Shown here one piece after another: positions 8,373 through 17,752 of a stretch of 20,749 nt of DNA. Position 1 is the stretch's first letter. Each line of letters opens with the position of its first letter. The notes below the pieces were generated by a model. The model saw only the letters and a list, made by a program, of their open reading frames with translations. It ran no database searches and was not told where the DNA came from. Source of the stretch: Nitrosopumilaceae archaeon (GTDB lineage Archaea > Thermoproteota > Nitrososphaeria > Nitrososphaerales > Nitrosopumilaceae). The position numbers and the translations under genes were made by a program. The stretch lies in contig CBDATR010000048.1 in NCBI GenBank assembly GCA_965200155.1, positions 1 through 20,749 of the forward strand, in the 5' to 3' direction.

Positions 8373-11177
8373 ATGGCGTATTTAAAACTCTATTTGTTAA
8401 TACTATCAGAGGATGACCCTTTAACAATCAGCGTTCATAGAGATCTAAATACTCTTGAATCTGAGTGGAATGACTGTAATAAGTTACACAGCGTCGGAAT
8501 TATTCACATAAGTTTTCTTCGACCAAAACCATCAAAGCCGGATGACTTGCTCCGGCATAAAGGTTATGTACTTGTAACAACTGCAGCGAAATGGGCGTTA
8601 CCAGAAATTTATAGATGCTCGAAAGCCATAATTTCAGAGTTGAAACTAACTAATCAAACTATTCCACTTCACGTCCTATTGAGCGGGATCGGCTATGAAT
8701 TGGATGAACCTTCAACTCACTATGAAGATTCTATTGAGAAATCTTCAGGCAAAATGACGATTGTAGAGGCTGCACAGGAGGTTCTAGCTAATAGTGATAG
8801 ACCAATAAATAAGGAAGAAATCTTTGCGGGAATAATCAAGAGAGGACTATATAGGTTCGGTGCTAAGAAGCCAATCAGTGTCTTAGATATTGAACTAAAT
8901 AGGCATACGGTTGGTACAAATTACAGCAACCCAGGTCCATCTCTCTTTAAGAAAATTTCAGATAATCGCTATTTGTTAGTCGATAATGACTTGCCTGAAA
9001 TTGAAGGGTGGTTTAAATCCCTTTCTCAAGTAAATCCAGACCTAGCTGAAGCATCTCGTTCTTACGGGATTTATAATGAGGATTCATATAAGGTCCACCG
9101 CCAAAACTTATCGAATAAGCAGCAAAATCAGTTAGACATCTTTCGCTTCTATCACCATCTTCCGCATATTAGTGAAAGTGACCCTCAATCACTTTTTCAC
9201 ATACTTCCAAATTTTATTCTCAAATCAGATGTGAATGCTATTGAAATGCCAGTAAGAGTACTTAATGTTTTAGGTGCGAATGGTATCAAGAAGATTTCAG
9301 GCCTATCTGGTATATCTACAACTGAAATGTTGAATTGGCCTAACTTTGGCAAAAAATCAGTTGTTGATTTGAGTAGTAGCCTTATAGATGCAGTCAATAG
9401 ACTTTCTAGATCTATAGATTATTCTAAAACTGAATCTTCAAGTCTCGTTAGTAATAAGTCTGATCTGCCTGAAGAAAGACAATTGGATAATGATTGTGCA
9501 GACTATCAATTGGAACTGGCATCTTCTATACCACTTAAAGCCCACTTAGAGCAGGCTTTGGGCTCTCTTGAAGAGAAGGATAGGAGAATTATAGAGTGCC
9601 GTACTGGGTATAACGGTCAAGTTATGACATTGGAAGCCGTCGGAGAACTTTTAGGAGTGACGCGGGAACGAGCACGTCAGATTCAAAAACGATATGTTGA
9701 TCGGATTATTGAGTTGGAGTATTGGGACGATTGTATAGCCAATAAAATAGGGCAGTTGTTGTTAGACCGAAAGAGACCCCTTTATTTAGAAATGCTTGAA
9801 ATTGAAGACCCCTGGTTTAAAGGGTATATGGGAAATTACTCACATTTGGCATCTATTATTGAGTTGTTTTCAGAAAATAAGATTCGAGTAATTAAAATAA
9901 ATGGTGCTAGTGTTGTAACTCGTATGAAGGTCGATGCCTGGTATTGTGTCGTAAATAATCTCCGCAAAAGTTTGAAAGATAAAGCTGAAGAGGGTGGATG
10001 GACTCGGCAAGATATTGACATAATATTATCGACTGAGCTGGCTCAGAATGGAGCCGAAGAGCTATTCCCTTTGCTTTGGGAGGAGTTTGTGGGAAGTTTG
10101 CAGTTTGAGACTAAAGACAGTAATGCAAAACTTATTGGGTTTGGCAAATCCGCAGAATCCGCAGTATCAATTGTTCTTGCTAGAGCAGAAAAGCCACTAC
10201 ATTATAGTGAAATTGCAGAGAGGGCTACCGAGATTTATGGCAAACTTGTCAGCGAACGACTAGCCCATAACGCATTACCGAGATTGGGGGCAAAATTATA
10301 CGGACGAGGCGTATATGGACTACCTCATCACAATCCAATATCTGATCGCATGTGTAAAAACCTCCGGTTAATTGTTTCAAAAATGATCCAAGACGGACCT
10401 ATTATGAAACAGTGGCATTGTGCTGAAATTACTTCCCAACTAAAGAAACAGTTTCCAACCCTCCCTGTAGAACTTGATCACTATATATTGAATATTATCC
10501 TAGAAGATGTTGAAAATATTAGCTATCTAAATCGTATGGTTTGGGCTCAATCCAACTCTGGTCATTCTGCAGATGATCGCGTTGATATGGCTGATGCTTT
10601 TACAAGAATTCTCGAGGACAACGGAGGGCCGCTGAAAGGTAAAGAGCTAAAGGAACGGTTAAGCCAGATTAGAGGTACAGTGGAAAATCCGCAAATCCAG
10701 CCTAACGACCAAATGATTAAAATAGGCCCTGATTTTTGGGGACTCATAGATCGAGATATCGGCGGTAGTAAATCAACTATAGAAGAAAAATTAAATTCAA
10801 TGCACGAGATTCTAATTTCTAGGCAGAAAGGGTTACATGTCTCAGAGGTGGGAGAATATATTGAGGTCAAAGATAACTCGAGTGAGTTACCATCTGCTTA
10901 CGCGCTATTATATTTAGCCCAGCGTGATGACCGATTTTATCTTGGTAGATCAATGTATATTGGGTTATCTGAATGGGGAGGTGATATACGTCGTATCAAT
11001 GTTTCACAAGCTGTTAGAAAGCTTCTAAACAATATGACCAAGCCAAAGACATTAGCAGAAATTAGTATGTTGGTTGAAGATATGGTGGAAATGCCAATAG
11101 ATTCAACTTTGAGCAATGTGCTAAAAAATGAAGGTGCAATTTATGATCATGGGAGGCGTACCTGGTCAAAAGGGTAG
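8373..11177 (+). CDS. Large multidomain DNA-binding protein: HARE-HTH + RNAP alpha-CTD + sigma-70 region 4 + repeated winged-HTH units
   Basis: MTIVEAAQEVL..SDRPINKEEI (from 8754); MPVRVLNVLGANGI...PNFGKKSVVDL (~9230-9400); LEEKDRRIIECRTG...MTLEAVGELLGVTRERARQI (~9540-9700); repeats such as VLARAEKPLHYSEI and ILEDNGGPLKGKEL. Starts 8 nt after the previous stop with GGAG upstream. Confidence 0.8.
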   Translation: MAYLKLYLLILSEDDPLTISVHRDLNTLESEWNDCNKLHSVGIIHISFLRPKPSKPDDLLRHKGYVLVTTAAKWALPEIYRCSKAIISELKLTNQTIPLHVLLSGIGYELDEPSTHYEDSIEKSSGKMTIVEAAQEVLANSDRPINKEEIFAGIIKRGLYRFGAKKPISVLDIELNRHTVGTNYSNPGPSLFKKISDNRYLLVDNDLPEIEGWFKSLSQVNPDLAEASRSYGIYNEDSYKVHRQNLSNKQQNQLDIFRFYHHLPHISESDPQSLFHILPNFILKSDVNAIEMPVRVLNVLGANGIKKISGLSGISTTEMLNWPNFGKKSVVDLSSSLIDAVNRLSRSIDYSKTESSSLVSNKSDLPEERQLDNDCADYQLELASSIPLKAHLEQALGSLEEKDRRIIECRTGYNGQVMTLEAVGELLGVTRERARQIQKRYVDRIIELEYWDDCIANKIGQLLLDRKRPLYLEMLEIEDPWFKGYMGNYSHLASIIELFSENKIRVIKINGASVVTRMKVDAWYCVVNNLRKSLKDKAEEGGWTRQDIDIILSTELAQNGAEELFPLLWEEFVGSLQFETKDSNAKLIGFGKSAESAVSIVLARAEKPLHYSEIAERATEIYGKLVSERLAHNALPRLGAKLYGRGVYGLPHHNPISDRMCKNLRLIVSKMIQDGPIMKQWHCAEITSQLKKQFPTLPVELDHYILNIILEDVENISYLNRMVWAQSNSGHSADDRVDMADAFTRILEDNGGPLKGKELKERLSQIRGTVENPQIQPNDQMIKIGPDFWGLIDRDIGGSKSTIEEKLNSMHEILISRQKGLHVSEVGEYIEVKDNSSELPSAYALLYLAQRDDRFYLGRSMYIGLSEWGGDIRRINVSQAVRKLLNNMTKPKTLAEISMLVEDMVEMPIDSTLSNVLKNEGAIYDHGRRTWSKG

Positions 11178-11540
11178 GTAACAATATCACTATGTTCCAA
11201 AAGAGCAGAATATGCAATGCATCCCTTATAATTAAGCCGCCCAACACTTTTCGAACATAAGCCAAGTCATGCAGTGCCTTAGTATCTAAGAGCGTATGCA
11301 CGATCTGAAAGCCAAACAGACGATTCATAAGAAGACACCTTGCTTGATTTGACAAAGAGAACAAGGTAATCCTGTTGAGCATTATTTTGAAGGCGGATAG
11401 CTGACAAACTCCGGTGTTTTCGCGGTGCTTTGTTTTTTCTTTAGGTGCTTAGATACCCGGCACTCAATCGTAGCGATTTAACAGGTACTTGCTGGTATCA
11501 TTAGGCCTGTACTGGAGACCTTTTTAGAGTGCTAAGAACC

Positions 11541-12480
11541 TGTAATCTTCCTCCCCCTTATTATCAGTTTTTTAGTAGAAGGTTTAGTTGAATTTAGCAG
11601 TTGTCTTGGTGGTTCGCCTCCGATGGCAATTTGGACTGCTCATTATTGGTTTGCAACAGCCACTGTGTAGCTAAAAGTTGGACAAGGAATAGTTCTCAAA
11701 CTGATGCAGGTCCAGCCATTCATGCCTGACTGCGCGATTAAACCGTTAAATATACGAATTTTGTGTCGGATTGCTCAATTGACCAGACTTGGTTATGGGC
11801 TTTAGGCTCATTCAGTTCAAGGTAATCCCGTTGTCTCCGTCGTTTGGGTTTGATCTGCTGGTTCAGTTTCAGCTATTGATACATTCGATACATCCGCTTA
11901 TGGTTCCAGCCACAGCCTTTCACTTTGCGCAGATACAGAAAACATAATTCAAAGCTCCAGCACTTATATGTGCTAATCAGGCTAAACAGCCAATCCGCAA
12001 TCTGGTTATTTTCACTAGACAACCGATCTGCATATTGATAGCAGTTCTCGCTGATTCCAAATGTTACATAGACTAATCGGTTACTGATGCTATAACGTTC
12101 ATCGACCTTCCCCATCTCTTTGTGGCGAGGTGGTTGCACAACTTTTTCTATAGAGTTTCCTGCCGAAGTTCAGCCTTAATCCGCTCTTCGGTTTACATCT
12201 TCTTCAGCCAGGCACTTCCGACTATTCGTTGCTTCAAGAGTTTCATAGCGGTGCATCAATACAAACGTATTTGGATCGCCACTAATAAATCAGGGCAGTT
12301 CTCACACCATGACCACGGGCAAGATTAACTACCGTAGTACCAGCCTCATGCTGCTTCAGGACAGAAAGAATCTAGTAGTCTGACAAGTTAACTTTTTCAT
12401 AGAAAACTCCTTTGACTAACATCATAAAAGTCACTACTAAAATATACGATCAATTTTCGGGGGGAGGCAGGGGGATTGAA
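11541..12480 (-). mobile_element. Decayed IS3-family insertion sequence with internal deletion
   Basis: OrfA relic from ATG 12400 (MKK../SDY*ILSVLKQHEAG...Y*WRSKY...LKKM). OrfB relics FLYLRKVKGCGWNHKRMYRMY, AHNQVWS, NPTQNSYI*RFNRAVRHEWL, AIGGEPP. Degenerate ends TGTAATCTTCCTCCCCC (11541) and GGGGGGAGG...GATTGAA (~12459-12480). End points are approximate. Confidence 0.85.
11584..12400 (-). pseudogene. IS3-family transposase OrfA/OrfB pseudogene
   Basis: Multiple in-frame stops and frameshifts; the segment between QVWS and NPTQN is missing. Confidence 0.85.
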
Positions 12481-12719
12481 TCGAATTACGATGTTGGATT
12501 GAAAGGGATAAATACCTCAATAAAGAACCTGACAATACTCTAGACAGGTTCAAATAAATTAACTGAAATTGAGAGTTTTGATGGTAAAGAGGCTGTGTAT
12601 GAAGCAACTTCATTTCCACTTAACAGAATTGTATCTCAGAAGCAATATTGGGGAGAAACTGAAGTTACGAATATGCTGGTCTAAAAAAAATTATCGCTAG
12701 AACTGATTTTAGGGCCTAA

Positions 12720-13079
12720 CTAAGTAGCGCAGGCAAAAAGGTCAGAAATACTAGATACTTTCTGATTCATGTAAGAAATCCCTCTGTGTAAATGAATTTT
12801 AAACCAACGATTTGGGTTGGCCTTTTCTAAGCCGTCTTTGATAAGTCGTTCTTTTACCAGTGCTTCAAACAATTCCGCGTCCGTACCAGCAAAAGTTTTC
12901 CAGGTCATTTCGACGTTGCTGTCTGTAGGAATTTCTTCATCAGGCGGGATTGAGTTCTCTGCTAACGAATAGCAGAGTGCCCAACGACATAGCGTATTCC
13001 AGTTTTCGATACCGGTTCGTCGTTTTAGCGTAATCAATTGTTGTTTTCCTTTTTCGGAAATTCTTACAGTTTCTATCAT
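12720..13079 (-). CDS. dndE: DNA sulfur modification protein DndE
   Basis: VRISEKGKQQLITLKRRTGIENWNTLCRWALCYSL, DSNVEMTWKTFAG, HLHRGI; directly downstream of dndD. Confidence 0.95.
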   Translation of the reverse strand: MIETVRISEKGKQQLITLKRRTGIENWNTLCRWALCYSLAENSIPPDEEIPTDSNVEMTWKTFAGTDAELFEALVKERLIKDGLEKANPNRWFKIHLHRGISYMNQKVSSISDLFACAT

Positions 13080-13088
13080 CGTGAGTGC

Positions 13089-15050
13089 CTAAAAATAGCC
13101 AGCCGAGATGGTCGAAGTTTTCACAGACTGATCGTATTTTATCTGATATTCCTTCCCAATGTTTTTGGCGAGCGTGTCGCGATTTTCACAGTCTATTTCT
13201 GTATCAGTTGAAAGCAAAATGACCTGGTGGCTTGCATTTGGGAAATAATTATTAATTAAGTGTTCCCTATGCTCGCTATCTAAACGTCCTAAGGGAGTAT
13301 CAATAATGGCGGGTAAGGGCTGTCCTGAAGCTTTTGCTAAGCCCCAGAGTATTGATATAGCAAGAAGTTGTCGTTCACCAGCAGATAGGCGGTTGGTAGG
13401 GATTACTTCGTCATTGTATCCAATTACATCGATAGAAAAATTTTCGTTGATACGAATTTTATTAACTAGGTCATTTTTTCTTACAAGTTCTGTAAAGGAT
13501 TCTTTAATTAAGTATTGCAGCCTATCAATATGCTTGCCAACAAGTTGGGCTTTAAAAAGAGATAATATCTTGTCAATGTCTTTCGTCCGCTCAACAACAT
13601 GTTTATCTATGCTGTTATCAAGACGCTCTTCATTGACTTTGTGATAGAGTCGATTGAGTTCTTTATTTCGAAGTTCTAATGAGCGGAAGTTGTGATCGTC
13701 TAATCGCTTCAGGGATTCGATCTCGATTGACAGGGTATGATGCTTTGTCTCAGCATCCCTTAGTTGGTGAGCAATCTGTTGGATTGTTTCACCAGGAGGG
13801 ATTGATGAAATTTGACTCTCTAAGGCGGAAATTTCATATTCAAGATTACGTCTTTCTTTAAGAAGTTCGTTAGCTTCATCGCGCAAGTGAGAAAAAACTT
13901 CTCTTTCGTAGTGTTTGAAAATGACTGGGTCTGTTTCTAGCAGTGTTTTGGTTTCGGCAATATTTTTTCGCTCTTTGATATCTGCCTCGAGCAAATCTCT
14001 GAGTAAATCCGTACCATTATTGTTAATAGATCTAGAATGGAATTTAGCCAAAATTGACTTGTCTCTTTCATCTAGAATACCGATGAGGAGACGGTTTTTT
14101 AGTATTGAATGCTCTTCAGTTGAACGCTGATGAGCTGAATTAATGAGATCTTCGACAATGCAGAGTGGTGCTTTGGATTCTGCGAATTTTTTTATCTTTG
14201 ATTCGTTGTCGAGCATTTTGTTCTTTGCAAACTCATATTGCTGTGCGACGAATTCCCTATTTTCAAATAGATCCCCACCCACCTTACGGTATTCTTCTTT
14301 CAATTGTTTTATAAGATTATTTAATTGATCCAATTCCGTATTCTTGCTTGCAATATGATCGATATACTCCTTTTGTTTTTGGGTGAGTTCACTAACATCT
14401 TTATTGGCTTGTTCAAGTTTGAATGACCAATTCCCTTCGCTTTTAGCAACTGAACGTCTACGTGCTATCGTAACTAGGTCTACTTGCAGTCGTTCAACAA
14501 TCCCAAGTCCCAATAACGAATATATTCCGGTACGTAAAATGTCTTTAGTTTTTGAAGGGTCTGCTAGCTGAGCAATTTGTTCTCCATCAAAGAAGAACAA
14601 CCTGGAAACGCTAGAGGGAATAAACTCATGGACACACTCATACCATTGTTCTGAAAGTACCGGATCTAACTCACCATTTCGAAGAACCTGAAAATTTTCT
14701 TTAAGACTTTTCCCCGTGGTTCTCCAGTAGCGTTTTAAATGGTATTCTTGCTTGACCCCATTTTCGTATCGAATAAACGCTAACTCCAGAGCGGAGCCTT
14801 CCTTTGGGTTAACATGTCGATTGATCATATTACGTAAATAGGTATCGTAGGGTGCTCCTTCTCTAGTTGCAAAGTTAGCAAATTTACCAAAAAGTGTCAG
14901 TTGAAGCGCCTCAAGCATTGTGGTTTTTCCACTACCATTGAGTCCACCAAATAATATGATAGGTTTTCTTTTGCTAGCCGGACTTAGATCGACCATATGG
15001 CGACCTTTGAAAATTCCAAAATTATGAAGAACAAGTTTAGAAAAAATCAT
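13089..15050 (-). CDS. dndD: DNA sulfur modification ATPase DndD
   Basis: PIILFGGLNGSGKTT, LFFFDGEQI, coiled coil, LSAGERQLLAISILWGLA, IIDTPLGRLDSEHR, YFPNASHQVILLSTDTEI. Confidence 0.96.
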   Translation of the reverse strand: MIFSKLVLHNFGIFKGRHMVDLSPASKRKPIILFGGLNGSGKTTMLEALQLTLFGKFANFATREGAPYDTYLRNMINRHVNPKEGSALELAFIRYENGVKQEYHLKRYWRTTGKSLKENFQVLRNGELDPVLSEQWYECVHEFIPSSVSRLFFFDGEQIAQLADPSKTKDILRTGIYSLLGLGIVERLQVDLVTIARRRSVAKSEGNWSFKLEQANKDVSELTQKQKEYIDHIASKNTELDQLNNLIKQLKEEYRKVGGDLFENREFVAQQYEFAKNKMLDNESKIKKFAESKAPLCIVEDLINSAHQRSTEEHSILKNRLLIGILDERDKSILAKFHSRSINNNGTDLLRDLLEADIKERKNIAETKTLLETDPVIFKHYEREVFSHLRDEANELLKERRNLEYEISALESQISSIPPGETIQQIAHQLRDAETKHHTLSIEIESLKRLDDHNFRSLELRNKELNRLYHKVNEERLDNSIDKHVVERTKDIDKILSLFKAQLVGKHIDRLQYLIKESFTELVRKNDLVNKIRINENFSIDVIGYNDEVIPTNRLSAGERQLLAISILWGLAKASGQPLPAIIDTPLGRLDSEHREHLINNYFPNASHQVILLSTDTEIDCENRDTLAKNIGKEYQIKYDQSVKTSTISAGYF

Positions 15051-15064
15051 AGATATTTAGTCGT

Positions 15065-16636
15065 TTAGAAGCCGGTGATCTCATCATAAAGGAGCTCATT
15101 CTCTGAAATATCAGAAGTTATTCGATTATCAATACGCTCTTTTGACGACTGTCTGTCTCTTGCAAATGCAAGCGCATGTTCTGGGTCTTTAAAGGCATAA
15201 CTATTGAGCATTTTGTTAACTTCATCAAATAGCCGAGAACGCCTAACTAGCGTTCGATGCCCGTGTTCGATATGCAATAAATTACGCGTCAGGTCGAATA
15301 GCTCAGAACCAATTTTTGAATCAATCTGTTCGCAAATGTCTTTTAGAATATTTAGGTCGCGGACATTAAATGGTTGTGCGTCGATTCTTTCATTGCCAGG
15401 GTAAGGAGTCCCTTTGACATTCTCATAAATACCAGGTAATAAATCTTCAATTTCATGTTTGTCCATGATCCATATGCGTCGAATTTCTTCTAGGTCTTCT
15501 AGGGTGAGGAGTTCGATATCCTTTACTAGATTAGGTCCAAGTCGACGAACGGATTCTTCGGCTCTTAGTACCGCCTCTAATAACTGGGCTCGAAAATGTT
15601 GCTTGTAGGGACCATGTACTAACTGATCATTAAAGAGCATCAGAGATCCGTTCATCTTGCGATAATCACGATTCTCGCGTTCTTTTCGGAGTTTTTCATA
15701 CTTTTTGTCTTGCTTGGAATCTGTAATGTCGAGCCACTTTGAACGCAATTCGAGTAACGGCAACATCCATTCCTTCTCCGCGTCATTCTGGATCATTGCT
15801 GATAATGATCTGTCCTCGTTGACGAGCGTGCAGACATAACATCCGAAGCGGCTGTCACCGCAACTTGGTGTGCTTGTATCGACAACAAGTGGACATTCAC
15901 CATCAGCTGTCGCACCTTGGTACAGATTTAAGAGTTCTTCATTTGCGTATCCCCAAGGGTTTTTTACCTGCATTAGGTACTGCCAGACATCATCGTCGTG
16001 CCAATCTTGAATTGGGGAATACACCCATACGCGGTCTAAGGAGGCATTTCGACTAAGTAGATTGCGTGTACTGCCTTCAGCGTATTTTTCAATAGTCGAG
16101 GCACGGCTATTGCTCTCTGCTTTGCGGATTCCCAAAACTAAGATCGCTTCTCCATTACTCTGTACGACGTCTTTAATAAAGTCATTGGAGGGAGTTATCT
16201 TCAACCGAAAGGTGCACCAGCGAAATTTAGGTCTTGGTGCAGGATACCCGCGTCCAATGAGATTGACCCAAAAGCGGTCTTTAACTGCTGGGGTAAGTCG
16301 ATGGGCTTGAATAGGTAGTTTTTGGTCAATCGCTGCCTGAGCCATGGTCTCCAAAGATCGCCCGACCCATGTGGCAACGATAGGATTTTCAACCAATGTG
16401 TCGGTACTAATCACATGGAGTGGTTTGATCTGTTTTTCTGGTGGCAACTGTGCAAGGGCATTCCACATTAGTTGTAAGACAGCCGTCGAGTCTTTGCCAC
16501 CACTATAGCCAAGTACCCAAGGAATATCGTCGCTTAGGTATAATTCTTGAGCTTGCTTCATTAGAGGTTCAATAGTTCCGGAAAATCCAGCTACTCTAAA
16601 CGCGGTTTTGCGATTGCTAGTTACATGTTCAATCAT
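15065..16636 (-). CDS. dndC: DNA phosphorothioation sulfurtransferase DndC (PAPS-reductase family, Fe-S)
   Basis: PP-loop YSGGKDS, DTLVENP, GYPAP..FRWCT, ECPLVVD...SCGDSRFGCYVCT. Start set at ATG 16636 (GAGG RBS, overlapping the dndB stop) rather than 16690. Confidence 0.96.
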   Translation of the reverse strand: MIEHVTSNRKTAFRVAGFSGTIEPLMKQAQELYLSDDIPWVLGYSGGKDSTAVLQLMWNALAQLPPEKQIKPLHVISTDTLVENPIVATWVGRSLETMAQAAIDQKLPIQAHRLTPAVKDRFWVNLIGRGYPAPRPKFRWCTFRLKITPSNDFIKDVVQSNGEAILVLGIRKAESNSRASTIEKYAEGSTRNLLSRNASLDRVWVYSPIQDWHDDDVWQYLMQVKNPWGYANEELLNLYQGATADGECPLVVDTSTPSCGDSRFGCYVCTLVNEDRSLSAMIQNDAEKEWMLPLLELRSKWLDITDSKQDKKYEKLRKERENRDYRKMNGSLMLFNDQLVHGPYKQHFRAQLLEAVLRAEESVRRLGPNLVKDIELLTLEDLEEIRRIWIMDKHEIEDLLPGIYENVKGTPYPGNERIDAQPFNVRDLNILKDICEQIDSKIGSELFDLTRNLLHIEHGHRTLVRRSRLFDEVNKMLNSYAFKDPEHALAFARDRQSSKERIDNRITSDISENELLYDEITGF

Positions 16637-17723
16637 TCTTGCCTCGGTTAAATGCATCTTCCACGCGTTGTTGCTCGGGAGATAACGCAAGGTTCAATTG
16701 CTGTTTGAAGTAGTTAGCTGTTAAAACGACATTATTTGAGGCTTTTTGCATTCGCCCACCTAGCATTGCACGTCCTTCCCAAGTTTTAGCATTCGATCGT
16801 CTCCAATTTACTTTTTTTAGTAGTTTTAAGCGTTTTTTCTGATCTATTTTAGATAGGTTTAGAAGTTCATTACCCATCAAGCCTAATGCTTGTAGCACGA
16901 TAGCATGACAGTGGACGAAGTCAGTGCGAATCTCACCAGAGGTGATTTTGGCATCTTTTACGAGTTGCCATTCTCTGATTTGTTTGCCTACTTCATCCCA
17001 AAACGCTATGGCCAACCTCGTAGCCTGATCACCGGATTGAATTTCTAGTCCATTGAGTAATGCTTGATTCGCAGAATGAATTGCACTGAGTGTAAAAAGC
17101 TTTCTCGACCGGGGTGACAGTGTTGATTTTTCCATTTCAACTAGGTCTTTGAAAATTGCCGATTTTAAAACAGTCAATTTAGTTATTTGTGCTGCGTCGT
17201 CTCGATGATCGTAGAGTAGTCCGAGGGATTTACTAGGGCGTACAGCATGACGATTCAAATCTGCAAACATCTGCTGGCAGCGCTCCAGTCCTCTATCGAT
17301 AAAGAAAACTACGGAAATGCTTTCGTCACCCAGTCTAGGCTCTTTTTTTAACGCTTCTGCAATTGCAGCGCGTCTATGTTGGCCATCGTTAATAATAAAC
17401 TGAGAGTTCATATCGATCTTCAGTTTGCCAATACGACTAATTTCTCCAGAGTCTCCAAATGGCTCAAACGTGACTCGCCCGTCGACTGAAGCGGTAATTG
17501 CAGAAAAGCAATAATCCTTTTTATTATTGACAATATATTGCGCCATTTCCGGAATGCGATTTTTATTTAGGATGCGTTGAGCTCTAAGTTCTGGCACCAA
17601 CTCCTCTTCGTCAAATGTGAAGATTTTTGGTATCAGTTTGAGAGGGCACATTGATGTGTAGTATTCGCGCTCTGCTTGAACACCACGAATGGCTGGAAAG
17701 ATATATTCGAAATTGCTACTCAT
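16629..17723 (-). CDS. dndB: DNA sulfur modification regulator DndB (DGQHR domain)
   Basis: FPAIRGVQA, RAQRILNKNRIP, INDGQHR, QQMFADLNRHA; first gene of dndBCDE. Confidence 0.96.
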   Translation of the reverse strand: MSSNFEYIFPAIRGVQAEREYYTSMCPLKLIPKIFTFDEEELVPELRAQRILNKNRIPEMAQYIVNNKKDYCFSAITASVDGRVTFEPFGDSGEISRIGKLKIDMNSQFIINDGQHRRAAIAEALKKEPRLGDESISVVFFIDRGLERCQQMFADLNRHAVRPSKSLGLLYDHRDDAAQITKLTVLKSAIFKDLVEMEKSTLSPRSRKLFTLSAIHSANQALLNGLEIQSGDQATRLAIAFWDEVGKQIREWQLVKDAKITSGEIRTDFVHCHAIVLQALGLMGNELLNLSKIDQKKRLKLLKKVNWRRSNAKTWEGRAMLGGRMQKASNNVVLTANYFKQQLNLALSPEQQRVEDAFNRGKND

Positions 17724-17752
17724 GATTATTTAGGATTTGGCATCTTTTCCGA

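Noticed and set aside
9540-9700. Calling the 934-aa protein a sigma factor or RNA polymerase alpha subunit
   Set aside because: Only sigma region 4 and the alpha-CTD are recognisable; no sigma region 2 or alpha N-terminal domain.
11062-11382. 106-aa minus-strand ORF with a faint integrase-like HDLAYVRKVLG stretch
   Set aside because: Lacks the catalytic R-H-R-H-Y residues and overlaps the end of the 934-aa gene.
12122-12328. 68-aa plus-strand ORF
   Set aside because: Antisense shadow of the IS3 OrfA relic.
12515-12551. GAACCTG...CAGGTTC inverted repeat downstream of dndE
   Set aside because: 7-bp arms with a long loop, far from the stop codon and without a clear U tract; may be chance.
13306-16392. 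Numerous short ORFs antisense to or nested in dndD and dndC (and similar ones inside other long genes)
   Set aside because: Shadow frames of well-supported genes, with no motifs of their own.
16637-16690. 18-codon N-terminal extension of dndC in the ORF track
   Set aside because: Lies wholly inside dndB; ATG 16636 has a GAGG RBS and a typical overlap with the dndB stop.
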